DNA from: Subdoligranulum sp. CAG:314
GTDB lineage: Bacteria; Bacillota; Clostridia; Christensenellales; CAG-314
Direction of reading: 5' to 3'
NCBI GenBank assembly: GCA_000437915.1
Contig: FR900987.1
Location: 25,312-89,311, forward strand
Length of the DNA stretch: 64,000 nt
Part shown: positions 47,482 to 54,769 of the stretch, piece by piece
Numbering within the stretch: position 1 is the first letter of the stretch
How the letters are laid out: each line of letters begins with the position of its first letter
Notes under the pieces: generated by a model
What the model was told of the DNA's origin: nothing
Database searches by the model: none
What the model saw: the letters and a program-made list of their open reading frames with translations, nothing else
Program-made: the position numbers and the translations under genes

Positions 47482-47591
47482 AAATAAAGCAATGTTTTTT
47501 CGGGCTTTATAAAAAAAATCAATGGCCGCATTATATTTTCGGATAAGCCGCAACGCTTTACAAACTACGGCTCATAATTTAAAATAAGAGC

Positions 47592-48236
47592 ATGGAAAAA
47601 AGCGTTAAATGTTGTTACCTCGTATGCGCCGGCGAAATGAAAACGCCTCTAAACATAGAAAAAAAACCTTTCGACAAAATCATTGCGGTGGACGGCGGCT
47701 TGAAAAAACTCAGACAGGCGGGTATAGTCCCCGACCTGATTGCGGGAGACTTCGATTCTTTGGGATTTAAGCCCGAAACGGGGAAATTGCTCTGTCTGCC
47801 CGTCGAAAAGGACGTAACCGACTCCTATGCCGCCGCCATGGCGGCGGCGGACGAGGGGTTTGAGCGCATAATTATATTCGGCGGCACGGGAGGACGCACG
47901 GAACACACCTTCGCCAACGTGCAGCTGCTCGCGGCTCTCGCAAAACGCGGAGTCAAGGGCTTTCTCGCGGACGACGGACGCACCTTGTTTGTTTCCGACG
48001 GCGGAACGACGAAAATCGCCGCGCGCAAAAGCGGATACGTTTCGGTGTTTTCGCTCGACACCAAATGCGAAGGAGTAACTCTCAAAGGACTCAAATATCC
48101 TCTTTCCGGATACACGCTGACAAACGAATTTCCGATAGGAGTTTCAAACGAATTTATCGGGCAGACGGCGGAAATAATCGTCGAAAAAGGCGTTTATCTC
48201 GTTGTCGCGGAGTGCAGTCCCGATGATTTTTCATAA
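47592..48236 (+). CDS. thiN: thiamine diphosphokinase
   Basis: 214 aa. GDFDS motif, the GGTGGRTEH-type segment and a C-terminal B1-binding beta domain. Confidence 0.85.
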   Translation: MEKSVKCCYLVCAGEMKTPLNIEKKPFDKIIAVDGGLKKLRQAGIVPDLIAGDFDSLGFKPETGKLLCLPVEKDVTDSYAAAMAAADEGFERIIIFGGTGGRTEHTFANVQLLAALAKRGVKGFLADDGRTLFVSDGGTTKIAARKSGYVSVFSLDTKCEGVTLKGLKYPLSGYTLTNEFPIGVSNEFIGQTAEIIVEKGVYLVVAECSPDDFS

Positions 48237-48354
48237 ATAATCCCGCTTCCGTGTCGCCAATATACATTTTTTTTAAATATAATAATCTAAAAGTCGTCGA
48301 GCGCCGTTTGATAGGGAAGAAACGCCGATAACGGAGCTTTGAAGGGAGCGCGCA

Positions 48355-49344
48355 ATGCTTAAAATAAAAAACGATTTCAATACGGTCAAATGGTGGCAGT
48401 TTCCCATGCTGATTGTCGCGGGCATTGTCAACGCGACGGGAGTGGCGCTGTTTCTGCTGCCCTCGGGAGTGCTGGACGGGGGCTTGTCGGGTACCGCCAT
48501 TCTGCTGTCTAAAATCACGCCGCTGCACGTAAGCTTGTTTCTCGTGATTTTGAACGTCCCGTTTTTCCTTTTTGCCATTTTCAAACAGGGCCCTGCAATA
48601 GCCGCCTGTTCTTTGGTCGCCATCCTCTCCTATTCGGGCATGACGTGGGTGTTTCAGACGGGGTTGGGGCTGACAGCCAAAATGTGGGAGCTTGTCGGTC
48701 AGGACGTTTTTCTCTGTTCCATATTCGGCGGCATAATATCGGGACTCGGTTCGGGGCTGACTATCCGTTTCGGCGGCGCAATGGACGGCGTCGAGGTCAT
48801 GGCGGTGCTGTTCGCCAAAAAAATAGGCGTAACCGTCGGTCAGTTCGTCATGATTTACAACATAGTCATCTACACCTTGGCGTGCTTTTTGCTCGGCAAT
48901 TTCAGCGTCGGACTGTACTCCATTGTCACCTACGCAATCGGACTGAAAGCCGTGGACTTTGTGGTTGACGGCTTCGACAAGGGAAAGGCGTGCATAATAA
49001 TAACGCAAAAAGGCGACGAAATGGCTTCCGTAATATGCCGTGAAATGGGCAGAGGCATCACCCTTCTCGACTCGAAGGGCTTTTATTCCAAAGAAACAAG
49101 AACGATGATGTACTGCGTCGTAAACCGTTTTGAAATCGGCAGACTGAAAAAACTTGTAAATCAGGTGGACGACACGGCATTCGTCACCATTTCCGAGGTG
49201 AGCGAAGTCATGGGCACGGGCGTGCACCTGCGCAGAAGAAAGCGCGGAGAGGATACTCCGTCGCATATGTCCGACCTTGCGGAGGCTCCGCCCGAGTCGG
49301 AAACCGAGGAAACCCTTAACGCCGCCGAGGAAACCGCCTCCTGA
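48355..49344 (+). CDS. YitT-family membrane protein (DUF2179 C-terminal domain)
   Basis: Five or six hydrophobic helices followed by a soluble domain (IITQKGDEMASVICREMGRGITLLDSKGFYS...VTISEVSEVMG). GGGAG RBS. Confidence 0.8.
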   Translation: MLKIKNDFNTVKWWQFPMLIVAGIVNATGVALFLLPSGVLDGGLSGTAILLSKITPLHVSLFLVILNVPFFLFAIFKQGPAIAACSLVAILSYSGMTWVFQTGLGLTAKMWELVGQDVFLCSIFGGIISGLGSGLTIRFGGAMDGVEVMAVLFAKKIGVTVGQFVMIYNIVIYTLACFLLGNFSVGLYSIVTYAIGLKAVDFVVDGFDKGKACIIITQKGDEMASVICREMGRGITLLDSKGFYSKETRTMMYCVVNRFEIGRLKKLVNQVDDTAFVTISEVSEVMGTGVHLRRRKRGEDTPSHMSDLAEAPPESETEETLNAAEETAS

Positions 49345-49360
49345 AAATTTAAGCAATTCA

Positions 49361-49395
49361 AAAGCCCCCGCCTGACGGCGGGGGCTTGTTTTATT
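49361..49395. terminator. bidirectional terminator
   Basis: AAGCCCCCGCC-tgac-GGCGGGGGCTT 11-bp GC stem, then GTTTTATTTT. Confidence 0.85.
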
Positions 49396-50094
49396 TTATT
49401 CGGCGGGGTCTCCGAGTATATCCCACGGCGTAAGTATCGCCAGCAGTCTTTCGTCCCTCCTGCCGTTGTCGGTCAGAAATATCATGCGCAGCTTGGAATT
49501 GTCTCCGCGCCGTCTGAACAAAAGTCTGACGTCGAAAAGCTTGGCGTTTTTAGGCACGAAGGCGTAGCTTCCGAACACGTCGTCGTCAAGAGAAATCAGC
49601 TCCTTCAAATCGTCGAAAACCGTTTCCTCGCTTATTTTTATTCTGTTTTTCCTCATGACTGCCTTAAAAACCGCGTTGGCGCTGAAAACGCCCGCCACCC
49701 TCCCTTCCGAAAGCACGGGAACGTGGGAAAAACCTTTTTCAAACATTTCGCGCATTACGGGCAGCACACGGGTTTGGGGAGAAGCGGTCAGCACTCTTTC
49801 AATCCTGACCGCGATTTGCAGACAACGCTTGGGATGTTCCAGCTCGTTGAGCATGAAATCCAGAAATTCAAGCATTTTGGCGCTTGGCTCGACGATATAA
49901 CTGCCGTCAAGACGCGGATTGTGCGATATGACGTTGCGCACCTCGCGGCAATAATTCAGTTCCGTCGCGTATTTTCCGAACTCCCGCGTGTTGGCAAGAA
50001 AAATCAGAGGGCTGTATCTGCCGCAGTCGAATTTTTCCTCCGTGAGGTTTTCAAGGCGGTTGTATTTATCCAGAAATTCGTTTGCTCTGCTCAT
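49396..50094 (-). CDS. HEPN-like N-terminal domain + CBS-pair protein
   Basis: The N-terminal ~95 aa are helical with CREVRNVISHNP (an R-x4-H / RNxxxH motif), followed by IVEPS. The C-terminal ~130 aa form a CBS pair (FSHVPVLSEGRVAGVFS..., RMIFLTDNGRRDERLLAILTPWDILG). GGAG RBS. Confidence 0.65.
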   Translation of the reverse strand: MSRANEFLDKYNRLENLTEEKFDCGRYSPLIFLANTREFGKYATELNYCREVRNVISHNPRLDGSYIVEPSAKMLEFLDFMLNELEHPKRCLQIAVRIERVLTASPQTRVLPVMREMFEKGFSHVPVLSEGRVAGVFSANAVFKAVMRKNRIKISEETVFDDLKELISLDDDVFGSYAFVPKNAKLFDVRLLFRRRGDNSKLRMIFLTDNGRRDERLLAILTPWDILGDPAE

Positions 50095-50188
50095 AAAAAA
50101 CTCCGACGCGCAATGCTTCTTTTTTTATATTATACTGCATTTTTCGTTTCGGCGCGAATATCTGAAAACATTTCCGCGAAAGATTCCT

Positions 50189-52081
50189 TTATTTACGTTT
50201 AAACGCTTTTTTCCTCTCCCGCTTTTCGGTTGAAAGCGCGCGCAGTGCGTTTAGAATTGCGATGAACGCCACTCCTACGTCCGCAAACACCGCCCACCAC
50301 ATGGTTGCCAAGCCCAGCGCGGACAGCAACAAAACGGCAACCTTTACCGTTATCGCAAACCATATGTTTTCATAAACTATGCGCCGCACTTTTTTGCTAA
50401 GCCAAACGGCGTCGGCGACGCGCATGGGCTCGTCGGTCATAATTACCACGTCAGCCGCCTCTATCGCCGAGTCCGAGCCGACTCCGCCCATGGCTATGCC
50501 CACGTCCGCCCGCGCCAGCACCGGCGCGTCGTTCAAGCCGTCTCCGACGTAAACAAGGGTTTTGCCCGACGTTTTTTTTCTCAACAGTTCTTCGAGTCTT
50601 TCCACCTTGTCCGCGGGCAAAAGCCGAGCGTAAACCGCGTCCAGTCCCGTTTTTTCCGCAACCTCGCGCGCAATCGCCTCGTTGTCCCCCGAAAGCATAA
50701 CCGTGTTTTTGACTCCCGTGTTTTTCAATCGGGCTATTGCCTGCGCGCTGTCCCGTTTGATTTTGTCCTTTATGACAATGCTGCCCGCAAATTTGCCGTC
50801 AACCGCCACGTACACCGTGGTGCCCGACGTTACCGTTTCTTTGAACTCTATGCATGACTCACGCATGAGCAGCGCGTTTCCCGCAAGAACAGCGTGCCCG
50901 TCAACCGTTGCGCTTACGCCCTTGCCCGCCGTTTCCGAGACGTTTTGCGCATGTCCGTCCGTTTCGCGACCGTACCCGTTTACTATCGAAAGGGCTATCG
51001 GGTGCGTTGAAAGACTCTCCGCGCACGCGGCGTAAAACAATACGCTCTCCTTGTCGAATCCGTTTTCGGCGTTAAGCTCCGCCACCTCGAACCGCCCTTC
51101 CGTCAGCGTGCCCGTTTTGTCGAACACAACCGTTTCGGTCTTTGCGAGAGCTTCGAGATAGTTGCCGCCCTTGACCAGAATACCCATTTTTCCCGCTCCG
51201 CCGATACCGCCGAAAAAGCTCAGCGGCACCGAAATGACAAGGGCGCAGGGACAGGACACCACCAGAAAGGACAGCGCTCTGTACACCCAATCATTCCAGC
51301 CGCCGCCCGTTATCAACGGCGGCAGCACGGCAAGAAGCAGTGCGACGCCCACCACGACAGGCGTGTAAACGCGCGCAAATTTGGTAATAAAATTTTCACT
51401 TGAAGATTTTTTGTCGGAGGCGTTTTCCACAAGCTCCAGAATTCTGCTCGCCGTGCTCTCCCCGAAGGGCTTTTCGACGCGCGCGTAAAAAACGCCCGTC
51501 ATGTTGATACAGCCGCTCATGACCTCGCTTCCGCAGGCAACCTCGCGGGGCAGCGATTCGCCCGTAAGAGCCGAGGTATCCAGCGACGAAGCTCCCTCCG
51601 TAACAACGCAGTCAAGCGGCACTCTGTCTCCCGGCTTGACGACGAGCGTATCTCCCACCGCGACGTCGTAAGGAGCAACCTTTACGGCTTCGCCATCTCT
51701 CAATACGTAAGCGTAATCCGGTCTTATGTCCATAAGCTCGGCAATCGACTTCCTGCTCCTGTCGACGGCGATTTCCTGAAACAACTCTCCGACCTGATAG
51801 AAAAGCATAACCGCCGCGGCTTCGCCCAACTCGCCCAAAGCCACCGCGCCTACCGTGGCGACGGTCATCAAAAAATTTTCGTCGAACACCCGTCCGTGCA
51901 GAATATTGGTCAAAGCGCGCCACAGAATGTCGTAGCCCACAATCAGGAAGGAAACCGAAAACAACGCAACAGCCGCAATTTCCGCCCATTTTGCCTTAAA
52001 CGCATGTTCAAAAACCATAGCCACGGCAAACAAAGCGGCGGACACGCAAATTCTTGCGAATTTGATTCGTCTCTTTCTCAT
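50189..52081 (-). CDS. heavy-metal (Cd/Zn/Co-type) translocating P1B-ATPase lacking an N-terminal metal-binding domain
   Basis: CPC transmembrane motif (VVSCPCALV), DKTGTLT phosphorylation site and GDGLNDAP. I prefer ATG 52081. The ORF track opens at TTG 52087. Confidence 0.9.
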   Translation of the reverse strand: MRKRRIKFARICVSAALFAVAMVFEHAFKAKWAEIAAVALFSVSFLIVGYDILWRALTNILHGRVFDENFLMTVATVGAVALGELGEAAAVMLFYQVGELFQEIAVDRSRKSIAELMDIRPDYAYVLRDGEAVKVAPYDVAVGDTLVVKPGDRVPLDCVVTEGASSLDTSALTGESLPREVACGSEVMSGCINMTGVFYARVEKPFGESTASRILELVENASDKKSSSENFITKFARVYTPVVVGVALLLAVLPPLITGGGWNDWVYRALSFLVVSCPCALVISVPLSFFGGIGGAGKMGILVKGGNYLEALAKTETVVFDKTGTLTEGRFEVAELNAENGFDKESVLFYAACAESLSTHPIALSIVNGYGRETDGHAQNVSETAGKGVSATVDGHAVLAGNALLMRESCIEFKETVTSGTTVYVAVDGKFAGSIVIKDKIKRDSAQAIARLKNTGVKNTVMLSGDNEAIAREVAEKTGLDAVYARLLPADKVERLEELLRKKTSGKTLVYVGDGLNDAPVLARADVGIAMGGVGSDSAIEAADVVIMTDEPMRVADAVWLSKKVRRIVYENIWFAITVKVAVLLLSALGLATMWWAVFADVGVAFIAILNALRALSTEKRERKKAFKRK

Positions 52082-52094
52082 AATCAAGCCCTTT

Positions 52095-52316
52095 TCAGAC
52101 GCGTCTGACGGTTGCGGACGGCTCGAATTTCTTTATTGTTCTCACCGCGTTTGCATAAACCTCGTCGAAAGCCTGCTCGTCCGCCGCAAGCAGCATTTTG
52201 CCCGTCATAAAATTGATGTTGACCTTTTCCACATTGCTTAGCTTTGACAGCGCCCTTTCGATTTTTGCCGCGCAGTTGGCGCAGTCTATACCGTCTATTC
52301 TGAATGCCTTTTCCAT
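52095..52316 (-). CDS. stand-alone heavy-metal-associated (HMA) domain protein
   Basis: 73 aa. IDGIDCANCAAKIE (CxxC) in a ferredoxin-like HMA pattern. Confidence 0.85.
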   Translation of the reverse strand: MEKAFRIDGIDCANCAAKIERALSKLSNVEKVNINFMTGKMLLAADEQAFDEVYANAVRTIKKFEPSATVRRV

Positions 52317-52329
52317 TTTTTCGCTCCTT

Positions 52330-52689
52330 TTACCTATGATTCAAATGCTCCACAGCCATTTCCACAACGGACTGCACGTGGTCGTCGTCCAGAGAATAAA
52401 ACACGTTTTTGCCTTCTCTCCTGAATTTGACCAGCTTGGCGTTTTTGAGATATGCCAGCTGATGGGATATGGCTGATTTTGTCATACCCAGCAGTGCGGC
52501 AAGGTCGCAGACGCACAGCTCGTTGCCGTCCAAAGCGCACACTATTCCCGTGCGGGTTTTGTCGCCCAGCACCTTAAAAAAATTTGTAAGCCCGTCAAGC
52601 AGCTCCGCGTCAGGCATAGAGCGGCGCGCCCTCTCCACAGCCGAAGGGTGCAGCTCGCTGCAATCGCATACGGGTAAGCTTTCAAACAT
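52330..52689 (-). CDS. ArsR/SmtB-family metalloregulator (CadC-like)
   Basis: ELCVCDL metal-site motif, winged HTH (TKSAISHQLAYLKNAKLV) and N-terminal Cys pair CDC. GGAG RBS with 8-nt spacing. Confidence 0.9.
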   Translation of the reverse strand: MFESLPVCDCSELHPSAVERARRSMPDAELLDGLTNFFKVLGDKTRTGIVCALDGNELCVCDLAALLGMTKSAISHQLAYLKNAKLVKFRREGKNVFYSLDDDHVQSVVEMAVEHLNHR

Positions 52690-52705
52690 ACGTCAATCTC
52701 CTTTC

Positions 52706-52767
52706 AGTTGAATGCCTGCTCAACTGTCAAGCGTATTATAGTTGAATGCCTGCTCAACTGTCAAGCG
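52706..52767. repeat. tandem 28-bp direct repeat, each copy holding a 6-8-6 inverted repeat (putative ArsR operator)
   Basis: AGTTGAATGCCTGCTCAACTGTCAAGCG occurs at 52706-52733 and again, identically, at 52740-52767. The inner palindrome is AGTTGA-N8-TCAACT. Confidence 0.85.
52735..52764 (-). promoter_or_regulatory. promoter of the arsR-HMA-ATPase operon
   Basis: Minus strand TTGACA (52764-52759), an 18-nt spacer that is the operator palindrome, then TATAAT (52740-52735). Confidence 0.7.
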
Positions 52768-52879
52768 ATTTAATATATTTTATTTAAAAAATTTCAAAAT
52801 GTTGCGGCGACAAGCCGCTTGGCGGATTAACAGACAGAAAAACGGGCACAATAAAAAAGACGAGGAGGTAAAAAGCCTT

Positions 52880-53026
52880 ATGAAATGCAGCAATTGCGGA
52901 AGGGAAATCGCCAGCGCGCAAATTTGGGAGTGTCATTCCTGCAACATATATATGTGTCCGGAGTGCGCGGTCAACGGTATGGGTATGTGTCCCCACTGTT
53001 TTTCACCCGTAAAGCCGTACAGTTAA
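52880..53026 (+). CDS. 48-aa cysteine-rich double zinc-ribbon protein
   Basis: GGAGG 11 nt upstream of ATG 52880. Encodes MKCSNCGREIASAQIWECHSCNIYMCPECAVNGMGMCPHCFSPVKPYS, with four CxxC pairs. A strong terminator follows. Confidence 0.65.
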   Translation: MKCSNCGREIASAQIWECHSCNIYMCPECAVNGMGMCPHCFSPVKPYS

Positions 53027-53049
53027 AACAAAAAACAGCTGAAAACAAA

Positions 53050-53080
53050 ACGGGCGAACATACAAGTTCGCCCGTTTTTA
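53050..53080. terminator. bidirectional terminator
   Basis: ACGGGCGAAC-atacaa-GTTCGCCCGT 10-bp stem, then TTTTT. Confidence 0.85.
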
Positions 53081-53088
53081 ATAAACGA

Positions 53089-53958
53089 TTATCTGTTTTT
53101 GCCGAGAAAGAACAGCGCCAGCGTGCCGGGACCGCTGTGCGCCCCTATTACAGGGTCGATGTAATGCGTCACAAACTCCTTTACCTTCATCTTTTCGGAA
53201 ATTTTGTTTTTAAGAAACTCCGCATCCTCTATGCAGTCGCCGTGACCGATAAATACAACCTGTTCTTCGGGATTTTCAACGGTTTCCGCCATTTTGTCCA
53301 CCATTGCCGCTATGGATTTTTTGCGACCGAGCACCTTGCCCGTCGCAGTCAGACGCCCCTCGTCGTCGCAGTGCATGACCGGCTTGATGTTGAGTATGCT
53401 TGCAAGCAAATAGCTTGTGGACTTGACTCTGCCGCCCTTGAAAAGCCAATACAGGTCCTCAACGGTAAACCAATGCGCCAGACGCAGCTTGTTTTTTTCA
53501 AGCCAGTCCCTGACCTCCTCTATGGACTTACCGTTTTCTTTGAGGGTGCACGCATGATAAACCATAAGCCCCTCCCCCATAGACGCGCCGAGACTGTCCA
53601 CTACAAATATTTTTCGCTCTGGATATTTTTCCGCAAGCCTTTGGGCTACGGCTTTTCCGTTGGCGCAGGTGACGCTAAGCGCGGAGCTGAAAGCCACGTA
53701 CAGAATATCGCTGCCTTTTTCAAGCGTCTTTTCAAAGGCTTCGGCAAACGCTTCCTCGTTTATGCAGGAGGTGGAAATGCTCTCCTTTTTGCGCAGCCTG
53801 TCGTAAAAAACTTTCAGGTCGTTCTTGCCGTCCTTTTCATAGGAATAGGTTATTTCTCCGTTGACAATGACGGGAACGGGAATTACGTTTAACTTAAAAC
53901 GCTCTATTATTTGATTCGGAAGGTTTGCCGTGCTGTCGGTAAATATTTCATAGCTCAT
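53089..53958 (-). CDS. DegV-family fatty-acid-binding protein
   Basis: 289 aa. The N-terminal IFTDSTANLP... and the overall pattern are typical of DegV. Confidence 0.88.
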   Translation of the reverse strand: MSYEIFTDSTANLPNQIIERFKLNVIPVPVIVNGEITYSYEKDGKNDLKVFYDRLRKKESISTSCINEEAFAEAFEKTLEKGSDILYVAFSSALSVTCANGKAVAQRLAEKYPERKIFVVDSLGASMGEGLMVYHACTLKENGKSIEEVRDWLEKNKLRLAHWFTVEDLYWLFKGGRVKSTSYLLASILNIKPVMHCDDEGRLTATGKVLGRKKSIAAMVDKMAETVENPEEQVVFIGHGDCIEDAEFLKNKISEKMKVKEFVTHYIDPVIGAHSGPGTLALFFLGKNR

Positions 53959-54110
53959 AGCTCAAAAACTCCTATTTTAAATTTACGTTCAGTGTACCAC
54001 TTTTAAGAACGATTTTCTATCTATTGCTCAAAAAATGCGGTATACTGTTGCCTTTTTTGCGGTAGAGTTTGTTTTTCGGCTCTCTACTCACGGTAGAATC
54101 CTTTAAAATC

Positions 54111-54139
54111 TTGACAAAACCGCCGTTTTTTTCTATAAT
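54111..54139 (+). promoter_or_regulatory. consensus promoter driving a leaderless mRNA
   Basis: TTGACA (54111-54116), 17-nt spacer, TATAAT (54134-54139). Only 6 nt separate the -10 from ATG 54146, and there is no SD. Confidence 0.7.
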
Positions 54140-54145
54140 GAACGC

Positions 54146-54730
54146 ATGGAAGAACAGGAGCAATTAAAACAGACTGTGGCAAACAACATAGCGCAGCTGC
54201 GCAAGTCAAAAGGACTCACGCAGCTTGAACTTGCCGAGCGTCTGAATTATTCCGACAAGGCGGTGAGTAAATGGGAGCGCGGCGAGGGGCTGCCCGACGT
54301 GCTGGTGCTTAGCAAAATGGCGGAGATTTTCGACGTTACGCTTGCCGAGCTTGTGGACGGAAAAACAAAAAAACCTTTGTCCCCCGCCAACAAAAAGCGC
54401 GCGCTCATCGCTGCCGCGGCATCGCTGCTTGTGTGGGTGGTTGCCACAATCGTTTTTGTGGTGCTCCGTCTGCTGCCGGAGCCGCCCGACAAAGCCTGGC
54501 TTGCGTTTATTTACGCGCTGCCCGCAACAATGATAGTGCTCACGGTTTTCAGCGTAGTGTGGAAAATGCGGCTGTTTGTATTCTGCGCGGTGTCTTTGCT
54601 CATATGGACAATGTGCCTGACGCTTTTCGTCAGCATAATTTTCGTTACCGACAACGCCTGGCTGCTGTTCATAATAGGCATTCCCCTGCAAATACTCAAC
54701 ATAGTGTGGTTCTTCCTTTTAAAAAGATAA
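54146..54730 (+). CDS. XRE-family HTH regulator with four C-terminal transmembrane helices
   Basis: HTH LRKSKGLTQLELAERLNYSDKAVSKWERGEGLPD. The C-terminal 110 aa are hydrophobic. Confidence 0.85.
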   Translation: MEEQEQLKQTVANNIAQLRKSKGLTQLELAERLNYSDKAVSKWERGEGLPDVLVLSKMAEIFDVTLAELVDGKTKKPLSPANKKRALIAAAASLLVWVVATIVFVVLRLLPEPPDKAWLAFIYALPATMIVLTVFSVVWKMRLFVFCAVSLLIWTMCLTLFVSIIFVTDNAWLLFIIGIPLQILNIVWFFLLKR

Positions 54731-54760
54731 AAAACCCTTCTCGTTTGAGGAGGGTTTTTT
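54731..54760. terminator. bidirectional terminator
   Basis: CCCTTCTC-gttt-GAGGAGGG stem flanked by AAAA and TTTTTT. Confidence 0.8.
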
Positions 54761-54769
54761 GAATTTAAA

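Noticed and set aside
48154-49356. 400-aa ORF on the minus strand
   Set aside because: It is antisense to the YitT-family membrane protein gene, and its translation is Arg/His/Gly-rich with no domain features.
52081-52097. HMA ORF and ATPase as one gene interrupted by a stop (pseudogene)
   Set aside because: The two ORFs are in different frames with 13 nt between stop and ATG. A split arrangement is plausible, so I kept them as two CDS and flagged the question as a low-interest finding.
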